Positions 19,657 to 29,701 of a DNA stretch of 64,000 nucleotides are shown here, piece after piece. The notes under the pieces are model-generated. The model did no database searches. It saw only the letters and a list, made by a program, of their open reading frames with translations, and was not told the origin of the DNA. Position 1 is the first letter of the stretch. Every line of letters starts with the position of its first letter. Both the position numbers and the translations under genes were made by a program. This DNA is from an uncultured Alphaproteobacteria bacterium (GTDB taxonomy: Bacteria > Pseudomonadota > Alphaproteobacteria > Rhizobiales > Hyphomicrobiaceae): the NCBI GenBank assembly GCA_963756175.1, contig CAVWMR010000004.1, forward strand, positions 174,637-238,636, given 5' to 3'.

Positions 19657-19697
19657 TCGCGGACTTTCGGCATCCCTTGTCGCTGAAGGTCCGTGGA

Positions 19698-19730
19698 GCG
19701 GGAGCGGTGCCCCCCCGGATCCGCTCCCGC
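19698..19730. other. Strong GC hairpin: 10-bp perfect stem (GCGGGAGCGG / CCGCTCCCGC) with a 13-nt C-rich loop
   Basis: Seen directly. It lies between convergent genes with no U-tract, so it is not a canonical intrinsic terminator. Confidence 0.3.
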
Positions 19731-19807
19731 CATGACGACGGTGGGCCGGAGGCCGCGGCAGAGGGAACCGGCGTCCGGCCCCATCCATGTGGCCTGCAAG
19801 CTCGATG

Positions 19808-20390
19808 ATGGCGCAGCGTGCGCCGCTTCAGTTCAATCCCGCGATCACGGCATCGACCTTCGTCACCAGCGCGACGTTCGTGCATCGCATACTCGATCGA
19901 TGCGCGATGCCAGTCGGCGTTCATGGTCGAGCAGCCGTCCTCCGGGATGATCATCACGTAGCCCTTGTCGGCGCCGGTGCGCGCGGTGTGCTCGATGGAC
20001 ATGTTGGTCCAGGCGCCGGTCTCGATGATGATGTCGCGGCCCTCGGCGCGCAGGATCGTCTCCAGGTTCGTGCCCTCCCAGGCGCTCATGCGGGTCTTGC
20101 GGATGATGTGGTCGCCCGGCTGGGCTTCGAGCCCTGGCACGGGTTCAGCACCCCAGGTGCCTTCGACCATCGCATTGGCATCGGCGGCACCTTCGAACAG
20201 CGGCGCGTTGAGCGTCAGATCGCGACCGTCCGGTCGCCGGCGAGAACCAGACGTGAATGACCGGCACGCCGCGACGCCGGCAGTGCTCGGCAAGGCGGCG
20301 GACGTTGGCGATCGCGTTCTGCTCGCGGCAGTGGATCGGCGAGCCGGAGCTTGCAAAGGCACCACCCTCCATCACCACGTCGTTCTGCAT
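19808..20390 (-). pseudogene. Isochorismatase-family (cysteine hydrolase) protein with at least 2 frameshifts (about nt 20255 and about nt 19860)
   Basis: N-terminus MQNDVVMEGGAFASSGSPIHCREQNAIANVRRLAEHCRRRGVPVIHV...; the middle lies in another frame (...DLTLNAPLFEGAADANAMVEGTWG...SIEYAMH); the C-terminus is restored only in a third frame (NVALVTKVDAVIAGLN*). Confidence 0.7.
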
Positions 20391-20499
20391 GTCCTGGATG
20401 ATGAGGGCACAGCGCGAGGCGTCGAGCTGAGGTCACCGGACGCGTCAGCGCCATTGGACGACGCCGTTGAGGCCGAAGCTGCCGTCGCTTTTGAGGAGC

Positions 20500-21418
20500 C
20501 GCCGATCCGCGCGCGCGCATGAAGGGCTCGCTGCGCGGCCCGACCTTGACGTCGATCGCATAGACCGACGTCGTCGCGCAGACGTAGAGCGTGCGCCAGT
20601 CCGGCCCGCCCCAGTGCAGGTTGGCGCTGAGCTCGGGGATCGCAACCTTGCCGATGTGGCGGCCGTCCGGCGCGTAGACCCACAAGCCACCCGGGCGCCG
20701 TCACCCAGATGTTGCCCTGCGCGTCACATTTCATGCCGTCGGGCACGCCAGGCTTCATCACGTCGCGGATACCGCTCGCAAACACGCGCGCGTTCGCCAG
20801 CGTGCCATCGGCGCGGACATCGAAGACGCGGATGTTGGCCTGTTCAGTATCGTTGACGTAGAGCTTGGATTCATCGGGGCAGAAGCACAGCCCATTGGGC
20901 TGCGAGAACATGTAGCGGTCGACCAGCAGCTTCGGCTCGCGACTGCCCGGTGCGAGACGGAACACGCCCTGCCAGCCGAGATCGCGCGGGCGCTCGACAC
21001 CGTAGTGCGGCATCCGGCCGTACCAGGGATCGGAGAAATAGATGGCGCCGCTCGAATGGACGCACAGATCGTTCGGGCTGTTGAGCTCGCGCCCCTCGAA
21101 ATGGCTGGCAAGCACCTCACGCGTGCCGTCCGGCCGGAAGCGAGCGACACTGGACGTCGCGTGCTCGCAGGCAATCAGGTTGAGATCGGCGTCGTAAGTG
21201 AGTCCGTTGGCCTTGTTCGATGGTCGCAGCACCTCACGCGCGCCGCTGCGGTCGAGGCGACGGCGCACGTCGGCCGGCATGTCGGAGAACAGCAGGTACT
21301 GATCGACCGGGTGCCAGATCGGTCCCTCGGTGAACGTGAACCCGCTGCCGACTTGGCGCACCGGCGCGTGCTCGTCGATCAGACGCCGGAACGCGGGATC
21401 GAGCGCATCATGAGCCAT
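20500..21418 (-). pseudogene. SMP-30/gluconolactonase/LRE-family protein, frameshift near nt 20700
   Basis: MAHDALDPAFRRLIDEHAP...GNIWVTAPG, then continues in another frame as LWVYAPDGRHIGKVAIPELSANLHWGGPDWRTLYV... The 3' end is uncertain. Confidence 0.65.
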
Positions 21419-22336
21419 GGCTGCAACCTCCCAAAAGCAGTTTTTTTGTTTGCCGCGACCTACAGATCCGCCGTTGCGGAGCAATCAGACTGGAAACCAG
21501 TCGCGCCGTTGGACGGTCTGGCTGATCGGACCGGGCACGGCCATGTCCATCCGACCCGACGATCTGGCCACGCTCGACCTTCGCCGGCTTGTCGTGCACC
21601 GGCAGCAGGAATTTCGACGAGTTGAGCAGCTTCTTGATCGGCAGCTTTCTCCGACCGCTTCGTGCCCGAGTGATTGCCCGTGACCTGCACTTCGTGCGAG
21701 TAGATGACGTGGTACGGCTCGATGATCTGATCCTGAAAATCGTAGATGACATCACCACAGATGGTCGCGAGCCCTTCCGCCGTATCGACGTGAATGTTCA
21801 TCGATCCTTCGGTGTGGGCGTTGGCCGCCTCCATCACGACGCCCGGGATCAGCTCGATCGGGCCCGAGAGTTCCAGATCTTCCAGCCGCAGCGCGTGACG
21901 CGTGTGCAGTCGCTCGATCAGATGCTGGATGTCCGGTTTTGGATATTGCGGGTGCATCAGGCCCGACACGGAACACTCGAGCTCCCGCCGGTTCATGACG
22001 ACGGTGGTGTTCATCGGGAAATGATCATCCTTGCCGGCGTGATCGATATGCGCGTGCGTATGGCACACGTAGCGGACGTCGCCGACCTTGACGCCATGGC
22101 GGGCAAGCTGGTTCTCGATCATGTTCTCGTGGTGCTGCAGTCCGCGCATGCCCGAGCGTTTCCATGATCGCGTTGTCGCGATAGCCGGTATCGACGACGA
22201 TCGGATACTGCCCGCCGAGGATCAGGAAGCCGTACACCGGCACGCGCTTGGTCCGCCCGCAACCGCGACCGAGCACGAGGAAGCTCGATTCGAGTTCGAT
22301 GTCGCCAAAGTCGAGCACCTTGATTTCCAACGCCAT
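21408..22336 (-). pseudogene. MBL-fold metallo-hydrolase (AHL-lactonase-like) with at least 2 frameshifts (about nt 22150 and about nt 21700)
   Basis: MALEIKVLDFGDIELESSFLV...DTGYRDNAIMETLG, then frame shift to MRGLQHHENMIENQLARHGVKVGDVRYVCHTHAHIDHAG (the HxHxDH motif). The tail is in a third frame. Confidence 0.6.
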
Positions 22337-22353
22337 CCGTCAGGCTCCCTGTC

Positions 22354-23257
22354 TCACAGCCGGTACACCCGGCTCGCTGTTTCGTGAAAAATCGCGCGCG
22401 CCGCAGCCTCGGTGTCGCGACCGAGGCCCGGATCAAGCTCGCCGACGCCCCGCCGATGCGCGGCGATCAGGCTCGCGTAGTCCGTCCAGAGCTTTTCGAT
22501 GGGAAAGTTCGAGCCCCACAGGCAGCGCCGTGGCCCGAACACCGACACCGTCTCGCGGATCAGTCGCTCGATATGGCCTTCGTCGTTACGATGGATGAAG
22601 GTGCCGAAGCCGGAAAGCTTGGCATAGACGTTGGGTTCGTTCGCAAGGATCGCAAGATTTTCGCGCCAGTGCGCCCAGGCGGCCGGCGTCGTATCCGTCA
22701 ACATTCCCGGCATGCTGGAGCACGAAGGGGACATTCGGACACGCGCGCGCGAGTTCGGCGGCACCCGGCATCTGACCGGCAAACACCTGCAGATCGAACG
22801 ACCAACCATAGTCGGCCAATCGCGCGACGTTGGTCTGCACTGCACGCTTGAGGCACAAATCGGGATCGGCGGCGAACCGATAGAGTTCGTTCTCGTGCCA
22901 ATGAAACTGCTGGCGAACGCCGCGCACCCGCGGATAGCGCGCGAGGCGGTCGAGTGCCGGCCGGACGTCGGCGACGGTCATGTCGGCATATCCGACGATC
23001 GCGTGCGGCCAGCCGGTTTCGTGCGCCACCGTCTCGACCCAGGCAACTTCCGCTTCAGCCTTGTCGACCGGCCAGTTGGCCTGCACATAAACGGCCTTCT
23101 CCACACCCGCTGCTGCCGCTTCGCCGCGATACTCGGCCATCGGGTAGTCACGGCGGATCGCTTCGTAGGGGCCGAAGATGCGCGGCTGCATCGGACCAAC
23201 CAGCCACGCGAGATCGACCTGACGCCAGATGTGGAAGTGCGAGTCGATCGTCCTCAT
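22354..23257 (-). pseudogene. Amidohydrolase-2 family TIM-barrel hydrolase (last gene of the cox-like operon), frameshift near nt 22715
   Basis: Begins MRTIDSHFHIW... The sequence ...FVLQHAG continues in another frame as MLTDTTPAAWAHWRENLAILANEPNVYAKLSGF... Confidence 0.6.
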
Positions 23258-24352
23258 CGACGACCTCCCTTCGCGAAGTGGAGGATCTCGCGAGCGACGG
23301 CCTGCGGGCTACTGCCATTACCGAGCCGGTCGATCATCGGCGCAATTGCGCGCAGCGCTTCGGTTCGCGGCAGGAACTGCGCGTCGGCGGCGAGCGGCGT
23401 CAGCCACAAGACGGACCACGCGAGCCCGTCGAGCCGCGTCATCGCCTGCGTTAGCGCCTCGGGACCACCGCGCTCCAGTCCGTCGGAAAGAATGATCGCG
23501 AATGCGCCGCGCGCAAAGCCTGCAAAGCGCGGCACCGACAGGAACACCTGCAGCGCATCGCCGAGACGCGTGCCGCCGTCCCAGTCCGCGACGAGGCCCG
23601 ACGCGAGTTCCAACGCCTGCTCGCGATTGCGCCGCGCGAGCGCGCGCGTGACACGCGTCAGCCGCGTACCGATCGTGAAGACCTCGACCTCCTCGCCCGC
23701 ATGGACGAGCGCGTGCGCCAATCGCAGCGCCCCCGCAGTTCCGGATTTCATCGAGCCGGAGATGTCGATGAGCAGCAGCACGCGGCGTTGGCGCTGCTTT
23801 CGCGTCCGGCGCATGAGGCGGGCGACCTCGCCGTCGCGCCGCATCATGTGCCGGAATGTGCGACGCGGATCGACCGTGCGACCTTTGCCGCGCGTCATCC
23901 GGCGCGCGCGTCGACGCGGCAGCGCACTGCGGCAGGCTCCGGGCAAATGCCCGCAGCGCCGCAGCCTCGTCATCGATGAAGCGGCGCGCGAACAGCCGCT
24001 CGGCGACCGATGCATCCGATCCCGACGGTTCTTCATCTTCCGGCGCGAAAATCGGCTCGAACGCCCCGGCATCGAAGGCGTTCGGCATGTCCTCTGGTTC
24101 GCCAAGCGCCGGCGCGGTCAGGACGCGACCGAGGAAAACGTCGTCGAACAGCGCATCGAACTCCTCGCGCCGCTCCGGCGGCGGCCCAAACGTGGCGTGC
24201 GCCGCACGACGAATATCCATCAGGCTTTTCGGACCGATAAGACCGACTGCAGCGATGAACGATTGCGTCTGCTCCGGTGCCGCCAGATGCCCGGCCGCCC
24301 GCAACACCTGCGCGAAACTCAGAAATGGAGCGAGCGGGCGCGGCAACGTCAT
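23254..24352 (-). pseudogene. VWA-domain CoxE-like protein, frameshift near nt 23930
   Basis: N-terminus MTLPRPLAPFLSFAQVLRAAG...; the C-terminal VWA/MIDAS region (VLLLIDISGSM...) is in another frame. The start overlaps the MoxR stop (ATGA). Confidence 0.65.
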
Positions 24353-25230
24353 GCGGCGCTCCCCATGATCAGCCGATCGATATTCGGCGCCACATAGGTG
24401 AGGTCGTCCTGATCCTTCAATACCACGCCAATCGCGCGGGCGAACGCGCGCGGCCATGGCACGCCCTGCTCGTTGAGGATTGTCGCGGCCTCCGCCCACT
24501 CGACGGTTTCGGCGACGCCCGGCGGCTTGGCAAGCGGTTCAGCACGTAGCCGACCGACTGCCGCGACGACACGATGCGCGGTTTCGCGCGCGACCACGCT
24601 CGACCGCATCATCACGATCTCGGCTTCGAGCGCGGGATCCGGATACCCGATCCAATGATAGACGCAGCGGCGCCGCAACGCTTCGTGCAACTCGCGCGTC
24701 CGGTTCGACGTGATGACCACGACTGGCGGCTCGCTTGCGCGGATCGTGCCGCGCTCCGGAATCGAGATCGAGAAATCGGACAGGAACTCGAGCAGAAACG
24801 CCTCGAACTCGTGGTCGGAACGGTCGAGTTCGTCGATCAGCAGGATGCGATCACGCGGCGTCTGCAGCGCCAGCAGCATCGGCCGCGCCACCAGATACTC
24901 GTCGGCGTAGAGATTGACGTAGTCGGTGCCCGCTTGCCGGATCGCCAGCATCTGGCGCGGGAAATTCCACTCGTACATCGCGGTCGACGCGTCGATCCCC
25001 TCATAGCACTGGAGCCGCACCAGTTCCCGTCCCAGCACAGACGCGATCGCCTTGGCTGCCTCCGTCTTGCCGACGCCGGGCGATCCCTCTAGAAGCAGCG
25101 GTTTTCCCAATGCCAGCGCCAGATAGGCCGCCGTGGCGAGACCTTCGTCGGCAATGTACTGCGCGTCGCGCAGCGATCGCGCGAGCGGCTGCGGACCATC
25201 GATGCCAAGGATGGAGCGGCGCACGGGCAT
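24349..25230 (-). CDS. MoxR-family AAA+ ATPase (CoxD-like)
   Basis: Walker A GSPGVGKT and Walker B LLIDELDR. 293 aa, intact. Confidence 0.85.
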   Translation of the reverse strand: MPVRRSILGIDGPQPLARSLRDAQYIADEGLATAAYLALALGKPLLLEGSPGVGKTEAAKAIASVLGRELVRLQCYEGIDASTAMYEWNFPRQMLAIRQAGTDYVNLYADEYLVARPMLLALQTPRDRILLIDELDRSDHEFEAFLLEFLSDFSISIPERGTIRASEPPVVVITSNRTRELHEALRRRCVYHWIGYPDPALEAEIVMMRSSVVARETAHRVVAAVGRLRAEPLAKPPGVAETVEWAEAATILNEQGVPWPRAFARAIGVVLKDQDDLTYVAPNIDRLIMGSAA

Positions 25231-25233
25231 GGT

Positions 25234-26271
25234 CTAGCGCGCGCCTCCCGCCAGCTTGTTGCGCGGCCTGGCGCCGCCATTGGCGCGGATGCCGCGCAGG
25301 ATCTTCTCCGGCGTGATCGGCAGATCGTCGATGCGCACGCCGACCGCGTCGTAAACGGCATTCGCCACCGCCGGCAGTACCGGGTTCGCGCACATCTCGC
25401 CCGGCCCCTTGCCGCCGAACGGACCATCCGGCGCCGGGCGCTCCAGCACCGAGATGTGATGCGGAGCAATGTCGCCAGGCCCCGGCATCAGGTAATGATT
25501 GAAGTCGACAGGGCCGTGGCTGCGGTCGGGATAGTACGGCTCGGTCGTCTCCCACAGCGCGTGACTCATGCCCATCCAGGCGCCGCCGACGAGCTGCTGC
25601 TCGACGAGCTTCGGATTGAGCGCGCGGCCGAGTTCGTACGCCGATTTCATGTCGCGGACGGTGACCTCGCCGGTCTCATCGTCGACCTCTATCTCGACGA
25701 TGAGCGCGGCATGAGCGAAGCAGGACACGGGCGTCATCTCACCGGTATCCGGATCGACTTCCGAGAGCGGAATAAGGAAGATGCCGCGCCCCGAGACCGT
25801 GCGGCCCTGCTTGAACTGCGCGGCTTGGCATGCGGCCATGGTGGTGATCGACTTCGACGGCGCGCCATTGACGTGAATGTTGCCGCGTCCATCGGTGACG
25901 AGATCGGCAGCGTCGACTTCCAACTCTTCGGCGGCGGCTTCGAGCATCACGGCGCGCGCTTCCTGTGCCGCCTGGATGACCGCATTGCCGACGCGGTGCG
26001 TGCCGCGCGACGCGAACGAGCCCATGCAGTGCGGGCCGGTATCGCTGTCAGCAGTATCGACATAGACGTCGGCGACGGGAATTCCGAGCGTCTCGGCCGC
26101 GATCTGGCGTGTGACGGACTTCATGCCCTGGCCGAGATCGATCGACGACAGCGCGACGGTGAACTTGCCGTCGGGATTCGAATGCACGAGCGCCTGTGAC
26201 GGGTCGCCTCCGAGGTTCATGCCGATCGGATAGTTGATTGCCGCAAAGCCGCGACCGCGGTGCAGGCCCAT
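25234..26271 (-). CDS. Xanthine dehydrogenase-family molybdopterin subunit, C-terminal half (separate ORF)
   Basis: Begins MGLHRGRGFAAINYPIGMN... (the GxLRGxGxA region) and continues ...AAETLGIPVADVYVDTADSDTGPHCMGSFASRGT. The SD GAGGAGG lies 5 nt upstream. Its ATG overlaps the upstream stop as TGATG. Confidence 0.75.
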   Translation of the reverse strand: MGLHRGRGFAAINYPIGMNLGGDPSQALVHSNPDGKFTVALSSIDLGQGMKSVTRQIAAETLGIPVADVYVDTADSDTGPHCMGSFASRGTHRVGNAVIQAAQEARAVMLEAAAEELEVDAADLVTDGRGNIHVNGAPSKSITTMAACQAAQFKQGRTVSGRGIFLIPLSEVDPDTGEMTPVSCFAHAALIVEIEVDDETGEVTVRDMKSAYELGRALNPKLVEQQLVGGAWMGMSHALWETTEPYYPDRSHGPVDFNHYLMPGPGDIAPHHISVLERPAPDGPFGGKGPGEMCANPVLPAVANAVYDAVGVRIDDLPITPEKILRGIRANGGARPRNKLAGGAR

Positions 26272-27950
26272 CAGCGCCTCCTCAAGCCGGAAATTGATGA
26301 GAACCGCATGGCGCCTTGGCGCGGGCGATCGGTCGGAGTGTTCGGCGCTGGCGGCTGAGGTGGTGTCGACGTCGACTGCGGCGCGGCAGGAGACGGAGCA
26401 GGCGCAGCGGGCCGAACGGGCGTGCGAGCCGCACTTGCCGCGGCCGGCATCGAATACCCCGGCATCGATTGGGCCGGCGCAGAATTGCCGCCCTTGCGCG
26501 CGTAGCCGCCGGTATCGATACCGGTGACCGTCCCGTGCTGATCGAGCGCTGTATGCGCCGGCAGCCGCGCCCGCTCACCGCCACCATCGCGCAGCGATGA
26601 GGCCGCACGCGATGCCGGCTGCAGCGCGATGCCCGCCTTCTCAGCCACGACCTGGCAGCACTCGATCAGCGCGCAATTCTTGGCCTCGCGGCGATGAGCC
26701 TTCATGTCGCCGTCGCGGTACGAGTTGAGGATGCGCAGATCGATCGGATTCATGCCGACCGCCTCCGCCACCTTGTCCATGTGCGCTTCGATCGCGAAAT
26801 CGACTCCGGTGATACCGAACCCACGCATGGCCGTCGCCGGCGTCCGGTTGGTGTAGACGCAGTAGACGTCGGCGTAGACGTTCGGGATCGTGTAGGGGCC
26901 GGGCAGATGACCGACGCCCTTGATGATGGCGTAGGATGACAACCGCGTGTAGGCGCCGCTGTCGAAGTAGCCGGTGAATTTGCGCGCGAGGATGCGGCCG
27001 TCTCGCGCGACGCCGTCCTTGATGTACCAGCGCTCCGCCCCGCGCGGCGCGCCGACCTGCATCTCTTCCTCGCGGTCCCAGGCGAACTTGCACGGCCGGC
27101 CGGTCAGTACCGCACCGAGGATCGCGATCGGCTCGTGCAGGCTGTCGACCTTGCCGCCGAAGCCACCGCCCACTGTGCCGCCGACAAAATGCAGCCGGTT
27201 CGACGGCATTGTCAGCATCTTCGCCGCCGTGCCGAGTGAGAAGAACAGTGCTTGCGTCGAGGTGTAGCAGACGAAGCGTTCGTTGACCTCGGGCGCGGCG
27301 ATGGCACCGCAGGTCTCGATCGGCGCCTGCTCGATCGGCGACATCTGATAGCGGCCCTCGACGATATGGTCGGCGCGCGCGAACGCCGCCTCGACATCGC
27401 CGTAGCGCAGTTTCTGATGGTCGTACTTGCCGTGATAGATGAACTTGTTGGTGGGATAGACCTCACAGACGACCGGCGCGCCCGGCTTGATCGCCTCTTC
27501 GACGTCGAGCACATGCGGACGCACATCCCAGTCGACGCGAACCCGCGCCACGGCCGCACGCGCCTGCGCTTCCGTTTCAGCTATAACGGCGGCGACAGGT
27601 TCACCCTTGTAGGCGACCTTGCTTTCGGCGAGCAGAGGCTCGTCGTCGATGCCGAAATCGAGAAGGCTCAGCAGCGTGTTGAGGTTGCGCGGCACATCGC
27701 GACCGACCAGCACGCGCACGACGCCGGGCATTTTCTCCGCTTCGGCCGTATCGACACGGCGGATGCGGGCATGGTGGTGCGGACTGCGAACACAGCGAAT
27801 GTGAAGCAGGCCGTCGAACAGGTGGTCGTCGAAGTACGGAGAACGCCCCGTCACATGGCCGAGAATGTCCTGGCGCCGCGTGGGCTTGCCGATTTCATTC
27901 AGGTTGTCGTCGCGTTCGTTGGCGAAGAATTCCTTGCGAAATTCCATCAT
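26271..27950 (-). CDS. Xanthine dehydrogenase-family molybdopterin subunit, N-terminal half, ending in a Pro/Ala/Ser/Thr-rich tail of about 100 aa
   Basis: Begins MMEFRKEFFANERDDNLNEIGKPTRRQDILGHVTGR... The active-site loop reads AMRGFGITG, not the CoxL form I/II motifs. The low-complexity tail is PAAPAPSPAAPQSTSTPPQPPAPNTP. Confidence 0.75.
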   Translation of the reverse strand: MMEFRKEFFANERDDNLNEIGKPTRRQDILGHVTGRSPYFDDHLFDGLLHIRCVRSPHHHARIRRVDTAEAEKMPGVVRVLVGRDVPRNLNTLLSLLDFGIDDEPLLAESKVAYKGEPVAAVIAETEAQARAAVARVRVDWDVRPHVLDVEEAIKPGAPVVCEVYPTNKFIYHGKYDHQKLRYGDVEAAFARADHIVEGRYQMSPIEQAPIETCGAIAAPEVNERFVCYTSTQALFFSLGTAAKMLTMPSNRLHFVGGTVGGGFGGKVDSLHEPIAILGAVLTGRPCKFAWDREEEMQVGAPRGAERWYIKDGVARDGRILARKFTGYFDSGAYTRLSSYAIIKGVGHLPGPYTIPNVYADVYCVYTNRTPATAMRGFGITGVDFAIEAHMDKVAEAVGMNPIDLRILNSYRDGDMKAHRREAKNCALIECCQVVAEKAGIALQPASRAASSLRDGGGERARLPAHTALDQHGTVTGIDTGGYARKGGNSAPAQSMPGYSMPAAASAARTPVRPAAPAPSPAAPQSTSTPPQPPAPNTPTDRPRQGAMRFSSISGLRRR

Positions 27951-28423
27951 GTCCGCGCCCTCCCCCTCGCCGCCGCCAGCACGGCCTCAATGATCGGCTC
28001 GTAGCCCGTACAGCGGCAGATATTGCCCGAGATCGCCTCGACCACATCCTCGCGCGATGGCGATGGATTTCGATCGAGCAGCGCCTTTGCCGAGACCAGC
28101 ATCCCCGGCGTGCAGTAGCCGCACTGAGCGGCGAAATTCTCCATGAACGATTCCTGCAGTGCGTGCAGCGTGGCGCCGGTTGCGAGTCCTGCGGCTGTAT
28201 CGACACGGCGGCCCGCGACACTCTCCGCGAGCGTCAGGCAGGCGAGATGCGTCACGCCGTCGATCGAAACCGTGCACGCGCCACACGTGCCCTGGCCACA
28301 GCCATATTTCGGGCTGAGGTCACCGACGCCGCGGCGCAGGAATTCCAACAGGTTCTGGCCGGGCTCGGCGAACGATGCCCGCTCAGATCCGTTGAGAGTG
28401 AAAACGATGGGTGTCTTTGCCAT
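27947..28423 (-). CDS. (2Fe-2S)-binding subunit (CoxS-like)
   Basis: CGQGTCGACTV and CGYC...CRCTGY clusters. The start overlaps the coxM-like stop. Confidence 0.8.
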   Translation of the reverse strand: MAKTPIVFTLNGSERASFAEPGQNLLEFLRRGVGDLSPKYGCGQGTCGACTVSIDGVTHLACLTLAESVAGRRVDTAAGLATGATLHALQESFMENFAAQCGYCTPGMLVSAKALLDRNPSPSREDVVEAISGNICRCTGYEPIIEAVLAAARGRART

Positions 28424-29230
28424 CAGCCGCGCGCCATCCGTTCGAGCAGACGTTTGAGATGCACGCCCGCGACCTCGCGTCGATACCACGCGCTTGCCAG
28501 CGCGTCGGTCGGTGGATCGAGCCCTTCGAGTGCGATTTGCGCGGCGCGCGCGATCGTCGCGGTGTCGAGGCTCTGCCCTTCAAGCACGCGCTCGACGGCG
28601 GTCGACTGAAGCGGCATCGGCCCCATCGCGCCGAACGCCACGCGCGCGCCGCGAATGCGCCCCCCCTGACGGGGCAACTAGCGCTGCAATCGACAGCACC
28701 GAGACGCCCTTCGGCTTTATCCGACTCACTTTCAAGAAAGCGAAGTCAGCGGCAGCCAATGGTCGCGGCACCTGGATCGAGGCGACAAGACCCACCCGAC
28801 CGCGATCGCGTAGGACATCGGCGAGCGGTCGTGCCGCGCCGCTCTGGCCGGCGAAATTCACACGTGCACCGAGCGCGAGCAGCGCCACCGCGAAGTCGCC
28901 ATAGGGATGCGGTGCAAACAGGTTGCCGCCGACGGTCGCCATGTTGCGGATCTGCGGCCCACCGACCGCACGCGCCACCGGCGCCAAAAACGTCGTCTCG
29001 CGATGGCGCGCGATCGTCGCCATGGTGACACCGGCGCCGATCGTGACGCCATCGCCGGATAGCCGGATGTCCGTGAGCGTCGGGTCCGTGCTGCGTACCA
29101 GTCGCGTCGCGGATACGCCTGCGTTGACGTCGCGCATGACCAGCGTGCCACCAGCCATGAAGATGGCATCGGCGCCCATCGCGCGCTGCGCCTCGGCCAA
29201 GGTGCCATGCGTTTCGACCGACTGGATCAT
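28423..29230 (-). pseudogene. FAD-binding subunit of the molybdenum hydroxylase (CoxM-like), frameshift inside a C7 homopolymer near nt 28665
   Basis: MIQSVETHGTLAEAQRAMGADAIFMAGGTLVM... The C-terminal 84 aa are in another frame; the junction lies at CGCCCCCCCTGA. Confidence 0.7.
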
Positions 29231-29700
29231 GCGATGCCCCCTGGTTGCAGCGGCGCAGGGCCGGCGAGCCCCATGTGCTCGCGCACCGCCTGGAAACCGG
29301 CGCGATAGATGTTGGTCGCCACCATGTCACGCAGCTCCGTCTCGCGGCCCGGCGGTGTATCGAACCGGCACTGCCAGTGCCAGAAGGTGCGGTCTCCATC
29401 CGTCACCGGCGCGAGCCGCACGTGGGCTACGTAATTGAGCAGCGGAACCGGCGTTTCCATCAGGCAATAAGAGAAGGCCATGTCGGCGTCCGAGAGCGTC
29501 AGCAATTGCTCGCGCAACTCCGATCCGTCGACGAGATGGAACCGGCGCACGCAGCCGATCTTGTCCGAAGAATAACCGCGCTCGATATGGCTGTCGGCAA
29601 CGGCCGGGTGCCACTGGTCGTGCCCATTGAAATCGCGCAGCACTGCCCACACCGCTTCAACCGGTGCGTCAAGAATTGTGCTCTCGACGATGCGCACCAT
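29227..29700 (-). CDS. SRPBCC-family protein (polyketide-cyclase/CoxG-like fold), paralog 1
   Basis: 157 aa. Its paralog follows immediately and the two share WxxxRDFNxxxxWHP and DKIGCVRxF motifs. Confidence 0.65.
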   Translation of the reverse strand: MVRIVESTILDAPVEAVWAVLRDFNGHDQWHPAVADSHIERGYSSDKIGCVRRFHLVDGSELREQLLTLSDADMAFSYCLMETPVPLLNYVAHVRLAPVTDGDRTFWHWQCRFDTPPGRETELRDMVATNIYRAGFQAVREHMGLAGPAPLQPGGIA

Positions 29701-29701
29701 G

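Noticed and set aside
22631-24397. Long antisense or alternative-frame ORFs (e.g. 588 aa at 22631..24397 +; 5475..6224 +; 31704..32621 +; 37184..37921 +; 10804..11784 +)
   Set aside because: They are Arg/Ala/Pro-rich with no domain-like sequence, and they lie opposite well-supported genes. These are typical high-GC open-frame artefacts.
26271-27950. Possibility that the coxL-like split is just another frameshift
   Set aside because: The downstream ORF has its own SD (GAGGAGG) and an ATG in TGATG coupling. It begins exactly at a conserved segment, and no alternative frame across the junction gives protein-like sequence. It was therefore treated as a genuine two-ORF arrangement and kept as a finding, not a pseudogene.
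26271-27950. Calling the cox-like enzyme a carbon-monoxide dehydrogenase
   Set aside because: The active-site loop reads AMRGFGITG, not the form I motif AYXCSFR or the form II motif AYRGAGR. It is therefore a generic XDH-family hydroxylase despite the coxDEG-like accessory genes.
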